Shown here in pieces: positions 11,783 to 25,020 of a DNA stretch of 64,000 nt (position 1 is its first letter; every line of letters begins with the position of its first letter). The DNA is from Vicugna vicugna (lineage: Eukaryota). The stretch is from positions 620,001 to 684,000 of the forward strand of contig MU061537.1 of assembly GCA_013265495.1 (NCBI GenBank), read 5' to 3'. The notes beneath the pieces were generated by a model. That model had not been told where the DNA came from, made no database searches, and saw only the letters and a list, made by a program, of their open reading frames with translations. A program made the position numbers and the translations under genes.

Positions 11783-12523
11783 TGAGGGCTTTTTTAAAAT
11801 AAAAGCCAAGCAACTTATCCTAAGTTATACCACTAGTAAACAACAATGCCAAAATCAAACCCAGGTTTTTCCAAATCCAAAGTTTAATCTCTTACTGAAA
11901 TATACCATCTTGCTTCTCTTAGTTTCTGTCTCCCTACAATCCCCACTTCCCAGTCATAACTACCCAGCAGGGAAGTAATGAAGTTGCTAAGATTTGGAAA
12001 TTCTGACACGCCCGTTGAAAAGGATGTTTGACTTCAAGTTCTAGTAAAACTAATCTGCTCACATTCTGATTTAAAGCCTTTGTAGAGAATATGCCCTTTA
12101 TAATTTACTACAATCAAGTGATTTACCCCTTCTCCGCCCAAGTCTTGTTCTTACTTTGAAAACTTTCCCAAATCAGCTGCATTCAATGCCAACTGTTTCT
12201 TCACACACAAATACTTAGGACAGAGGTATTTAGTAAATACACATTATTATCTGTACATTTAAAACCTACATCCTGTGACCCAGCCAAAAGTGAGTCGTTT
12301 TTAAGTCTGAGTAATCCATCCCCTCAACTGGAATGCAAGATCCACAACGGAAGGGAAGGAGCCTGCTTTTTCTTTCCTATTATTTTTTACAGTTTATAAT
12401 ACCAAAGTACATTTCATATACCAGATACATGATACATGTTAACTAACTTTCTTGGACTAACTTTCTTGGACTCTGTGAGGAAACTGCTTCACCAAGGAAG
12501 AAACCACTACCTAACTTTCCTAC

Positions 12524-12609
12524 CTGCTGGGGGCCAGGCTTTGATGTAGCCTGTGCAGTGGACGACCACGAAGTGAGGTTCCCCATCCTTCACAGAGCCA
12601 AGTCCATTC
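12524..12609 (-). CDS. ARNT: ARNT exon 10 ([28 protein letters not shown])
   Basis: 86 nt; TAG| and |GTAGGA. Confidence 0.97.
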
Positions 12610-13022
12610 CTAGAAGAATTACAGGTGTGAGGAGAAAGCCCTACCCAGTAACATTTAAAAGGCAATGCTGGCTTAGCACCGTTAACTTTAGGCTCTTGGG
12701 TGTTTAGAAAAGAGGATGACTATACTCAGATCTTCCCACCCAAAAGTGACCACCATTTTTTTTGATCCTTGCAAAAGTAAAGTAACTGAAAGGTACTGAA
12801 GCAGGAAGAAAGTAGGTCAAGTGTTAATGTAATTTCTTTAAAAAGGGTGAGCAAAAGCAGCTTTAGAAGTCCAGGAAAATATTCCCAGAAAAAAAGTAAC
12901 TGGGAAGTGAGGGATGAGGCTGAGGGCTGCTAAAGAAAATACTACAGTAAGACAGCTGAAAATGTGATGATCTCTACAGGTACCTGGCCATCCCTTTGGT
13001 TTTTTAATACCTAGGATCTCAC

Positions 13023-13088
13023 CTGCATCTGTTCCTCACAAAGCTCAGTCTATTCATGGAGACTGGGTCCACAGAGCTATTGCCACAC
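13023..13088 (-). CDS. ARNT: ARNT exon 9 (CGNSSVDPVSMNRLSFVRNRCR)
   Basis: 66 nt; CAG| and |GTGAGA. Confidence 0.96.
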
Positions 13089-13321
13089 CTGTTTCAATAA
13101 ACAGAGAGATTAAAAGCAATTAAGTTGCAGTATCAAAAAGATTTCCATCTGTTAACAGCCAGACAACAGGCTCTGGATACAACTAGACAGAAAATTGGTA
13201 ACAATGCTCCTAACAAGGAAGGATAAACAAGTCAGGTTTGGTATTTCTAAAACTTGTTAACCTTCCCAGAGTTTTAAGTCGAAATGTTCTACATGCTCTT
13301 CAAATGCAGAGATTCTCTACA

Positions 13322-13512
13322 TCAGGGGTCAGTATTCTTTTTCTGCAAATGATCAGACAGTAAATATTTTCAGCTCTGTGGGCCATTTGCTGTGTTGCAA
13401 CTAGTTGACTGCTATTATAGCATGAAAGCAGCCACAGACAGTATGTCAACAAATGGGCAAGGCTATGTTCCAAGAAAGTTTTATTTACAAAGAGCCATGG
13501 TTTGTTGACTCC
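13322..13512 (-). mobile_element. MER58A-like MITE
   Basis: CAGGGGTCAG...GTAAATATTTTCAGCT...GCAGCCACAGACA...TTTATTTACAAA. Confidence 0.75.
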
Positions 13513-13654
13513 AGCGCCATGCTGCAACACAATCTATGTGCCATATTTCGTTATTATTTATCTTGCTCCTACCTATGTCTTTGTGTCGGCCATGTCTACC
13601 TACTGGGACACTCCCTCTCATCCTCTCTACCTTTCTTCTCTCATTTACTTAACA

Positions 13655-13890
13655 ATAATAAATAAAACTTATAATGAATTTAATATGTGTCATGCACTAT
13701 TCTAAGCATCATTACATATATTTATTTATCTAACCCTCATAACAACTTTATGAGGTTGATATTAATGAAACTCTCAATATTAGATGAAGAAATCAAAACA
13801 CAAAGTAGTAATTTAACCTGCTCAAGATCTCAGAAGATAAGCAATAAATCCAGTAGTCTGGGTGCAGAAGCTACTCTAAATCACTAAGCC
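13655..13890. mobile_element. MIR SINE
   Basis: CCCTCATAACAAC..TATGAGG...AGATGAAGAAA core motif. Confidence 0.6.
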
Positions 13891-14572
13891 ACATAATACT
13901 CAATTTTGTAACCCCTCTCAGGAAATATCCTTAACGTCCTATCCATCATTTCTAATGAGCATCTTCCCAGTACAATACAGTCAATTTCCATTATATAATC
14001 TGAATTTATTTTATGACTTTAAGAGATTTCTTCTCTACTTGTGAAGAAAAGTACCACCATCCTTCAGAATCCTTAAATGTATAGTATGTAATGTATAAAT
14101 ATTAAATACTAAGCAAGAGACATAAGAAAGTCTTAAATTTCCGCCAAAAAAGGGGACAGAAATGGTCTGATTACATGGATGTTGTCTGGTAATACACTGG
14201 GAAAAAATATAGGTTTTGGCATCTGACCATTACCAATTAAAATAAAATCCTATATCAAACATTATCTATGTAATCCTAGGAAGTTAATTTCTGAGTCCTT
14301 TTTTTTTTTAAATTAGCAAATAATAACCATGAATTCTACCCTGTTGTGGGAAATGAGATGACAAACATAAAGCAACTATCACAATGTCTGGCATAGGAGG
14401 AGTTCAGTAGATGTTAGTTTCCTCATCACTTTAGTCTGTGTTACAACCCATGTGAGTTAAATTTAATCTAATCGGAGCATGGATTTAAAAGTTTAACTCC
14501 TCTGACCAGAAATCAAACTTTCAGCTCTTAATTCTTCATATGTCAAATCAAAATCCTCAGCCTGACACTCAC

Positions 14573-14675
14573 CTCATACGGCAAATAAATGATCTCCTTG
14601 AGCCCATACACATCCTCATTGAAGACTGCTGACCTTCCTTCTTCACTGTTCCAGTCTTCAGATCAAGGATACGCC
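14573..14675 (-). CDS. ARNT: ARNT exon 8 ([35 protein letters not shown])
   Basis: 103 nt; CAG| and |GTGAGT. Confidence 0.97.
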
Positions 14676-15852
14676 CTGAAGAAAGATGCGAAGGATAGTC
14701 TGGAGTGCCTTCTTATGTGTGGGGAAGAGGAGCAGACATACTGGAAGCAAAGGTAAGTCAGTAGCCTATTCATGCTCTTCAGTTTCCTTACTTATAACAG
14801 AATAGGCCAAGTAGGAGACGGATTTTTTCCAAGCCTAAGACACCTCAGTTCCCACCAATGAATCTTACTCTTCAACTCAAAAGCAGCACTGGAAATACCC
14901 TTGTGCAAGGGACGGGAGGAGTAGAAATAGGTACGGCTGGCAAGCAAGAGGCAAGGCTATATTCTTAGGTGTGATTATTTTTATACACATGCATGCGCAC
15001 ACACACAAAGTGAATGTCGTTTGTTTAAAGACGTAATTTTAAATGCCACAGAAATACCCATGTCTCATGCTAAAATTGTTCCTTCTTTATTACAGAGAAA
15101 TCTATGGGAACTTTTGGGAAAAATAAGAACTAGAAAAATGAAATCCATAAAAACATAAAAGAGGGGAAAGCTAAAAACCAACATTCAGATGAACATAATG
15201 GATTTTATTTTAATTACCAGTTTTAATCTGCTTCCACTTTAAAAATTTTTTCCAGATTGCTTGGGAGCAGATGTGACTTATTTCCTTTAGCCAAACTCTG
15301 GCAAAAGGACTGAATAACATTAAATGGGGGGTTTGGGAGAAGGGACCAAAAACAAGACAGAAAAATAGTACATATTCAAAAGAAAGAAAGAAAGAAAACC
15401 TTAGGCACTAACTGATAACCACTTTCCTCTAAAATAAATATCTATTATCATAGAACCTAACACAAAGCCAAACCAAGCAAAACTGGGTAGAAAAAATACC
15501 AGGAAATTCCCCATACAAATGAGACAGAAACATGGATAATTTCCTTCTTTTAGAATGAGGGGAAGAAAAAAGGTTATTGTGGGTTTGGCTTTTACTGTGT
15601 ATTTACACCAGTCTTAAGATTAAAGTAAACTTTTATATGAGCATTGCCGTAGATGAAACATTTTCTAAGAATGAGCTACAAAATATATTACCTGCACGTG
15701 GATAAACACAACAGATTACATGTATTAAAAGAGGAAATTCTAGAAACTTTGCCAGATTCAATGAAAAAATTTAAGAGTTAAAACACCTGTTTGATCTGAG
15801 AAAAAAAGAAGAAAAAGACTTCCCATTCATTTTCCATCCACATAACTCATAC

Positions 15853-16066
15853 CCGTCAGGGCGTTTTCTGAAGTGGAAAGCTGCTCACGAAGTTTGTCCA
15901 CATCATCTGGGTGCACCTGATCATACAGGGTGCTACCAAACCATTCAGACTGCGGCTGGTTCAAAACAGGGGTCACTGAGTCAGAGACGTATACCACCCG
16001 GCCTGTCTCACATGAGACAATAAACAGAAAGCCATCTGCTGCCTCCAAGATCAAATGTTTCAGCTC
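15853..16066 (-). CDS. ARNT: ARNT exon 7, PAS-A ([22 protein letters not shown]...NALT)
   Basis: 214 nt, overlaps ORF 15827..16054; CAG| and |GTATGA. Confidence 0.98.
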
Positions 16067-16329
16067 CTGCCCAAGGAAGAGAAATACAAGTAAATACTGA
16101 ACTCTGAAAAACCAAATATTACTTACTATTCATGGAAAGAAGCAAGACATTTCAGGCGGTATCTATCTCTCCATAAGCAACTGTTGGCTCCTATCTGGTC
16201 CACAAGCATAGCTCTGCACCCTAACTGTAATTATCTTCACTGACAAGATAGTTCTTTCCAATAGATATTTCCTCAGTGTCTCTATGCCACTATCCACCTC
16301 CTCCTCTTTATCTCAGAATTCGAGATAGG

Positions 16330-17760
16330 GAATAAAAAGGCTTACCACTAACAATAATTGAGTTCTTGATCTCACCCTCTCTGGTTTCTTTTTAGGATCC
16401 TGCTCTACAAACATTTCCATTTTCTCTTTTTCCCCTCAGATATATGGACATGATCAAATATTCCTAATTCTACATAAATCTCCCCTCAATCTTGCCCAAC
16501 TCATCTCTCTTTCAGTGCCAAGCTTAAACTGAGAGTAATGTTATACTCACTGGCTCTACTCTCAACCTTTCATTCATTTCTCAATCCCACAGCAATCTTC
16601 ACCTAAACCACTAGGTTCATGTTTTTTTCAGGAGGTTCCTAACTGCCAATTCAAGTCCTTTTTCCTAAGTCTGAATCATTTCACTCAATCTCACTGAAGA
16701 ATCTGATAATATTGTTCATTCTAGCCTTTAAAATTTATTTCTCCCTAGCTTCTCTGATAGGACACTCCAACTTTTACTTCCTTCCTAAATGCCCCTTCTC
16801 TGCTTTGTCCAAGTCTTAAGAGTATGCATTTCCAAGGTTCTATCTGAAGTTCTCTTCTCTGTATATACCATATTCTCTCCCTAAGAAATTATATCTACTC
16901 CCCCACTATGAAATGATACCCAAGTCAACACCTCTAGTCTTGCCTAAAATCTGTTACGCATCTCCAAATAGATATTTTACCAGCAATTTAATTTCAACAT
17001 CTCAAAACCTGTCATTATTTCCCCCTCCAAAAAATAATCCTTTGTGCTCTTCCAGCATTTCCTTTCCTGATTAACAGCATCACCTCAGACAACAGTCCTC
17101 AAAAATCTAACTACTCTCTCACACTCCAGTGGTAACTCGGTTTTTATTAATTCCACTTTCAAATACAATGTCACCGCTCTAGTCATCTCATGCCAAGATT
17201 AATGGTCTCTCTGTTCTCACTTTCTCCAATCCATTCTTTTTTTTCCGATACCTCTATTGTGGTATGGTTCTTATACAGTAAACTACACATATTTCAAATA
17301 TACAAATTGATGAATTCTGATAGGTATATTACACACCTCCAATCCATTCTTAAAATGCTACCATATTTTTTAGGGCTCCCCACTGCTTAAAAATTAAAAT
17401 CTAAATTATTTAACATAACACCTAAATATTCCATCATCAGGTCCCAGCCTAACCTCCTTTTATCATCTCCCAAGGCATGCTAAATTACCTGACTTTCCTT
17501 GAACAACCCAATCATTTTCACCGGGCTTTTGATCATTTATTTCCAGTATTTACAACACTAATCCCCTATTCTGTGTTTTCCATATCTGCCCTTCTACAGG
17601 ACTTATTACTGCGTCTCTACTATAAAACTGATCCTGTATTGGTATTATGATTCATTTATTTACATGTCTGTCTCCACCAGTAACTATCTCTTACCATTCT
17701 TTACATTTCTCATAGCACAAAGCACCTGGTTAGCTCACAAAAGATGTATAACTGGAGTCT
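16330..17760. mobile_element. Degenerate L2 fragments
   Basis: C/T-rich L2-like sequence ending AGCACCTGG...GCTCACAAAA...TGCTGAAT. Confidence 0.5.
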
Positions 17761-18779
17761 GCTGAATCAATACCTGCATGTGTGCTGTGAGAACAAACTG
17801 GTTAACTATTCAATGTACACATATATAAAATCTGCGCTGTATGTGCTTTCTTGTAGACCATTCTATTTGGAAAATTCTTGTTTCTTTTTTTCAAACCATA
17901 TTCCTTCCTTCTTGTTAATCCTCTGAATAAAACGGTGGCATTACAGGTCAATTTTTTTCTTCCTTATACTCCCTGTATTTTCCAAAATTTCCTGCAGTAA
18001 CCAAGTGTTCTTTCTAATAATCAAAATAGAACATGGCTTCCTTGCTCTTAGAAGTCTTTGCAAGCGCCCTTACTCAAGCCTGGTCATTCTATTCACTTCA
18101 CCCACCCCTCCAGTACACAGCTATCTAGTCCTATGTAAATTATTAGTAAGTTTTACTAAGGCGTTTCTTCTCTGTGTGCATTTTCCTATCATTTTCCACT
18201 TATGTGTGCATCCTGCCACTCACGTATTCATATTCAGGTTGCGTTCCTGAAAGGCTGGAAATGTTTTTGCCTTCTGTTTGTCTCACAGTGCATCCAATGT
18301 AACAGACGACACCTCTAAGCAACAACTACCTGCTGCACTCCTTTTATCACTAACACTGGAAGCTGCTTCAAGAATGAGAAACAGATTTTGTCCATCTTCT
18401 ATAACCGTAAAGTCAGGGAAGAGGGCCGGTTCCGTGGACTCAGTCCCCCTTCTCCCTGTGATTCCACTGCTGTTCTACCTTGTAGGCCGGATTTAGGAGT
18501 AAAGTTCTAAGATACCTATAAGCTTGCTAAATAGCCATCACAATTCTTCTCTACTTCTCACTGTTCTAAAGCTAATATATGCCACAGTCAGGGATCAAAA
18601 CTCACTTTCCCATGGTCTAAATTTTTCCTTCAGAGCTGAATTCTTGTCCTTTAAACAACCTACAGACTCAGTTCTGCTCTGACTCCCAATAAAATGCACT
18701 ATTTAGAATTATGGTCTATCCCCAAAAGACCAGAACTTTCAACAGGTTCTAGACTCTCTCAGTTGTGCTTCTCAGAGAC

Positions 18780-18993
18780 CTGATCAGTGAGAAAAGACGG
18801 CTTGTAGGTGCCATCAGTGGACGTGTTGCCAGTTCCTCGCAAGGACTTCATGTGAGAAACTGCCATGCGTAAGATGGTTAGCTTGTCTGGTTTTCGAGCC
18901 AGGGCACTGCAGGTGGGTACCATGTCTGACAGTTCTGTTATGTAGGCTGTCATCTTGTTCCGTCGCCGCCGTTCAATTTCACTATGATTTTCC
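18780..18993 (-). CDS. ARNT: ARNT exon 6, bHLH domain ([15 protein letters not shown]...FLTDQ)
   Basis: 214 nt within ORF 18759..19037; CAG| acceptor, weak |GTCTCT donor. Confidence 0.98.
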
Positions 18994-21064
18994 CTGCATG
19001 GAGAGAGAGAGAGGAGAAGCCCCATCCAGGTGGTCACATCTGGCCATTTGGGAGCAGGGAGAATGATATGGATACCAAGTGAGCTGCTGAAGAAATGCAG
19101 TATTGATTTAGTGGTGCTTATGTCTCAGAAGTTAGAGTAAGGTTTGACAACCTTCTCATGCAGAGCAAGCATGGAAAAGAAACTAACAAGGCAGACAGAG
19201 AACAAGTAGATACCAGCAATTCTAAATCCCAGAAAGTTCACTTTTATGTAAACCACCACTCCCTCAGAACAAAAATGTTTTAAAATAATTGTTTTTAAAA
19301 ATGTTGATTTTATTCACTTAAGTTCCTCAGCTTGGCTGACTTTATGTTTACCAATTCAACTAATTAAAGGCTGAAAACAAAATGACCAGTTTCTTCCAAC
19401 ACAAGTATGTTACTTAACAGTTGATACAAATCAACAATATAGGTTCCCTTGGTTTAGAAAATTTTGTTTATTCTAAGCATCGCCCTTACTCTCAATACTA
19501 GAAAGCAGAATTGGAGGTTTTATTTGTCTCACTAACGCACAAAGCCCCCCCTTCTCTATCTGAGTGTGGTGCCAGCGCACTAAGCTCAAGAGACTGTAAG
19601 ACATCACTACCAGAGGTCCCTTACAGGTGCCCAATTTGGGACAAAGTGAATTGGAGAGCAGGAGTGGAGCAGACAAGATGTTTATAGGCCTGAAAACAGA
19701 CAATCTGGATCTCACCAGGGTAAGCAGAACATATCTCCAATACTGGCTACCTCACAATCAAACAGAATGATACCACTGCTAAAAATAATAATCCAGTAGT
19801 TTTCAAATTGGATTTCTGAAGCGTAATAGCGCCCCAGTGTCTCCCATGGGGATGCTTCAAGGAGAGAACCCAAACAATATGCTCCATTTGTTTCTACTTG
19901 AGCAGCTTTGCTTTATCTTTTTTATTTACTTCTATTACCATTTAAAGATTCTACTTGAACAAAAGTTCTCTGTCAAAACAAAAAGGAAAAAAAAACAACT
20001 AATCTAACACAAATCTCTTCTTTATGAGAAGAGCAAACTAAGGTCAAGCTGCTAATTGACTTCCAAGAGCTGCCCTCATTCCCAGTGAGTGCAGTGTTCT
20101 TCCCACCATACATGCCAATCAGTCTCCTGAAAAGTAAAAGAGCAGTAGGAGCCATAAGCTGAAATGGCAGCAAAATGAGCCTGTGCCCAGCTGAAAGAGG
20201 TAATGATAGACAAGAGTAGTAAAAACAGGCATTGGTATCAACAACCTATCTCGTACTGAGCTGACCCGAGTCACAGAAACCAGGAGACAGGAAGACAGCA
20301 TTTCTTTTGCAGTACTTTTACATTATCAACAATGGTCTCCAAACAGAACTCCATAAATGTTCCTTTCCAAATAGCAAAAAGGCCTCAGAACAGGAGTCTA
20401 TATTTAGTTACTTTGCCTGAGAAACATAAAATTCAACTCTCAAACTTAAAGCACCCATTTTCCTAGTATCTGTCAGGTTTCTGACACTGAAAACTAGAAG
20501 GCTTATCTTTTAACTAGCCGCATCAAGGCTGCTAAAAACTCTTCTGGGAAACTACAAAGTTTCAGTCACCAAATCAACAGCGGTCCTGCTGTGACAAAGT
20601 TATCCAGGCTGTGAGTCTACAAAGGAAAATGAGGGTAAGCTTTCTGGAGAGGTGTGGAGTAAGTGCTAAGGGCTAAAGACCAGGAACTAATTGCAAACAC
20701 AGATATATTTATTAGTTCTCTGATAAAAGAGTATTCCCTGCCAAAGCCCCAACTGGCACAGCTGTACTGTTTCTAAAAGCTTTTTATTCTGTGAAACCTA
20801 GTGCTAAGATAAATATGAAAAGATAAATATGATAAAACTAATAGCAATTTCTTACATTCCTAAGTAAAGTTCCCTCAACTCACCTACTTTCTGATGGGGG
20901 AAGCCAAAGTACCTGCTACACACAAACGTCTAAAAAATCTTGTCCTCTCTTGACACAGATAAGGAAAAACACAAAGAGAAAGGGGAAGAAAAGAGCAGAA
21001 TAAAAAAAGGATAGAAAAAGGAGCATCACCGGCTTCATCATGCTAAAAGGTACTGTTCTCCTAC

Positions 21065-21109
21065 CTGGCAAGTCTCTCCTTATCCGCAGAGCTCTGCTCA
21101 TCATCCGAC
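21065..21109 (-). CDS. ARNT: ARNT exon 5, alternatively spliced cassette (SDDEQSSADKERLAR; Ser77 CK2 site)
   Basis: 45 nt, TAG| and |GTAGGA; matches the known 15-aa cassette exon. Confidence 0.95.
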
Positions 21110-23587
21110 CTAAAAACAGAATTAATGAACTAAGCTAAAATTAAAATAGAAAGAAAGAGAAGGAAGGAGGAAAGGGAGGGAGGGAAAGAGGGTAAGAAGG
21201 GAGAAAGGTAAGGGAAAGAAAAGAAAAAAGAAAAGAAAAAAACAAATGCAGAGGAGAGGGGAAAATGGAAATATGAACAAAAACCTTGCCTGTAACTCTA
21301 CAAAGCCATCTATTAGGATAAAGAAAAAGTAACTTACAGGACAAAGGTCAACAAAAAAGCAAGGCCAATATTCATTATAAATTAGCATAATCTGAAAAGC
21401 ATTCTGACAATCATACTCTGTAGAGACAAAGTATATACAGTTTGAACAAGAACCAAACAAGGGAATACCATTCTCACACACTGCTCCCAAACTGGAAAGA
21501 AAATGATATCCACATATGCTATTCTATAATGAAAAAAATCAAACAGTAAATCATGATAAGAATGTCAAACAACTGATCACAAATACAATCACATGTGCAC
21601 TCACAGACAAAATAACCGATCAGGTTTCACTGGAGAAATTATTTTATGTTTAAAATTTTTTTTATGTTTTTCTCCCCCACTAGAGAAATTATATAAATAA
21701 AACTAAGAGCTAGGTTTCTGGTATATCCCTATCACTGATTTGGTCCTGAAGTAGTAAATTTCTATTCATTCACTTTCCCATTTCTCTGTAATAAATTTCT
21801 CTGTAATAAAGCTACAACATTGCTGGATCCCAGTATCAACTCCCCATTCCCTGGAGGCGGCTGCAAAAGATTACCACTAAATTCTTCCAGATAACTGAAA
21901 TACTATAAGGGTTGGTAGCAGCTGAAGAAACATCAAGGTATTGACAGGTCAGTTTATCAGTAATCAATTCCATCTTGAGTATATATAAAGAGATTGAGAA
22001 TAACTAAACTAAGAATAAAATCTCTAAGTAAAGTATGACATATTAATAGGCTGAAAGACTATTCAGCTGTTTAAGGTGACAAGTACAATGACTTTTATCA
22101 ATATGGAAAAGTTTCTATAAAAGGTCATCTAAAAGAAAAAAAGACAAAAATTAACATAGTAATGATGAGAACCATACGAAGACTTATATATATTGACAAG
22201 AAGGAAAAGAAAACGGAGTGATATTAAGTGTAGTTTCATGTTCATTCGGGTTATTATCATTCCTTAACAAACTACAAATCATTTTTTCAAAAAGGTAGGA
22301 AAATTCATTTCAGCTTTTGAAGAACTTCTAGAGAATTCTGAAGGAGGATATGTGAGGTAAACTAGCTTAACAAATCATATCTTAAAGGAATGAGTTCTGC
22401 TGTTTGAAAAAATAAAAGTTAAATATCTAAAATTCCTATTACTGCTCCCTAATGCCTTAAGCAGGACAAATGAAAACTAAAACAGCTCACGTCCCATTTT
22501 CATAGCTTTTTGGAATTTTGGTCAAGAGACTGTGAACCTGTATCATCACTACTATTTGATGGCTTCACTTTTTAATGCAGCTTTAGAAAAACTAATCCCT
22601 AAATATCTATTATTAATTTATTACTTTAGAGATGGTTCACATCCTAAAGTGTTTACAAGTATCTACTTTGATAAACAAATTCTTCAAAAACCTCTTAAAG
22701 TCACTCCTGTCCTACAGCCAACACTCTAGCCCAGGCCCTTATGATTTTACAGCTGTCTGATTGTTTTAACAGCCCCATCCACCTCTCTGCCTATAGTGCT
22801 TCAGTTTAATCAATCCTATATAATGCGACTAGAGAAAAATCCCACATGCATTTTATATATTATCATCTTATTCAAAGCTTATGATGGCATCTTGCTGCTT
22901 CAGAGTAGCTTTAAATTACTCTGATGTTTCTTAGCCCCCGACATCAATGGCTCTTAAAGTATGGGCCCTCGCCCAGCAGCATCAGCAAAGGATAAATAGT
23001 AAGTGTTCAGTCAAGCACTGGTTTTGGAGTATTCATTTTTCTGAGGGGGCTGCAAACTCAATTTTTAAAAAATAATTTACTGCTTAATAAATAACATACA
23101 GAATAAACTTTCTAAAAATTAAAACCAAAATTTGAGTTGAGGAGTTGTTTAATGAAAAGCACTTTTCATCATCTTGAAATAATGATAATTTAAACAAAAT
23201 TATTTCAATAAAAACTCCAGTCTTCACATAAATTGTTTCTTTCCTGTCATTTTTAAAAGACTAAAACCACTGCCTATATAGATTCTGTAGACCCATTTAA
23301 TAATAAACGTAACCAAGAAATTCATATTGTCTGTGTTCCTGTGGATACCCAGCATGCACACTGTACAGATACCTATCACGTACATAAAAAACACTATGTA
23401 AAATATATCATTAGTTTGAAGCCATGTTACCCAAACATAAACAATAATTGTAATACTAAGTTTTGCCAGCTTTCAGAATAGAATGAGATTGGATAGAGAA
23501 ATTAACTCTCACTGAGATAAAATTAAAACTCAGTGTTCTTGAATTGCCTGGTGCCACAACATGGAACAGGATGCTCTCTTACATTAC

Positions 23588-23632
23588 CTGGCAAATCGCT
23601 CCTTATCATTAGACATCTGATCGTCATCACAC
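23588..23632 (-). CDS. ARNT: ARNT exon 4 (CDDDQMSNDKERFAR)
   Basis: 45 nt, CAG| and |GTAATG, in frame. Confidence 0.96.
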
Positions 23633-23939
23633 CTGAAGGAGAAAAAAAGGATTAGTCCAAAGCATTACACTTGCTGTATCTATTTCACTCTGAAAGGAAA
23701 ACTAGAAAGGGGTGAAAAATATTCAACAGAAAAAAAGCAATGGAGAGCTATCACAAAGCAACAAACATGATAACAATATTCCATAGAACATAAAAATCCA
23801 TGACTATTATTTGTCAGGTTTCTAATGTCTCTTTCACCATTACTTATCAGACATTCCAAAAAAAAAAGATGATCTCACGTGGGCACAGCTAGTCAGCCCT
23901 GTCAACATTATTCTGAGGTTAGGGATAGTTTGGGCTTTG

Positions 23940-24915
23940 CTTTTTTTAAATTATGGCAAAAAACACGTCACATAAAATTTACCATCTAAACCATTTCAAA
24001 GGGTACAGTTCAGTAGTGCCAACTATATTCACACTGTTGTACAAAAGATCTCCAGAACTTTTCACCTTGCAAAACTGAAACCCTAGCCACTAAGCACCAC
24101 CTTCCCATTCCCCTGCCCCCCTCCGGCCACCCAGCTCCTGACAACCGCTGTTCTACTTTCTATCTCTCTGATTTTGACTACTTTAGATTCCTCATATAAG
24201 TGAAATCATACAGTATTTGTCTTCTTGTGACTGGTTTATTTCATTTAGTATAATGTCCTCAAGGTTCATCATGTTGTAGCATGTGACAGTATTACCTTCT
24301 TTTTAAGACAGAATAATATGCCATTGGATGTATATACTGCATTTCCCTTATCTATTCATTTGTCAATGGATATCTGGGGTGCTTCCACAACCTCTTGGCT
24401 ACTGTGAAAAACGGGGCAGTGAATATGAGTGCAAATATTTCTCCAAGATCCTGCTTTCAAATCTTTTGGATATATAAGCAGAAGTGGCACTGCAGGATCA
24501 TATGACAATTCTGTTTTTAATGCTGTGAGGAACCTCCATATTGTTCTCCAAAGTGGCCACACCACTTTACATTCCCACCAACCAATCCTCACCAACACTT
24601 GTTATCTTCTGGGTTTTTTGATAGCAGCCATCCTAATATATTGCCTATTCATTGTAGTTTTGATTTGCATTTCTCTAATGATTAGTGATGTTAAGTATCT
24701 TCTCATATGCTTTTGGCCATCTGTATATCTTCTTTGGAGAAATGCCTATTCAAGTCCTTTGCCCATTTTTAATCAGGTTGTTTTTTTGTTACTAAGATGC
24801 AGGAGTTCTTTATGTACTTTTGATATTAACCCCTTATCAGATACATGATTAGCAAATTTTTTTTTCATTCCATAGGTTACCTTTTCACTGTTTCCTCTGA
24901 GGTACAAAAGTTTCT
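23940..24915 (-). mobile_element. L1 (L1MA/MB-like) 3' fragment in intron 3
   Basis: Minus-strand ORF 24356..24598 resembles the L1 ORF2 C-terminus (WWECK.V.PLW..YDPA.PLL.IYP). Confidence 0.9.
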
Positions 24916-24928
24916 AAGACATAGTCTT

Positions 24929-25020
24929 AAATTAGGATTTTTCTTTAATGGAGGTACTGGGGATAAAACCCAGGACTTCTGCATGCTAAGCATGCACTAT
25001 ACCACTGAGCTATTACCCCA
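24929..25020 (-). mobile_element. vic-1-like SINE
   Basis: GGAGGTACTGGGGAT...GCATGCTAAGCATGCAC...CCACTGAGCTA. Confidence 0.75.

Noticed and set aside
12443..12471. Short tandem duplications (CTAACTTTCTTGGA x2; also 21781-21809 and 50458-50482)
   Set aside because: Two-copy slippage duplications with no spacer structure; not CRISPR-like.
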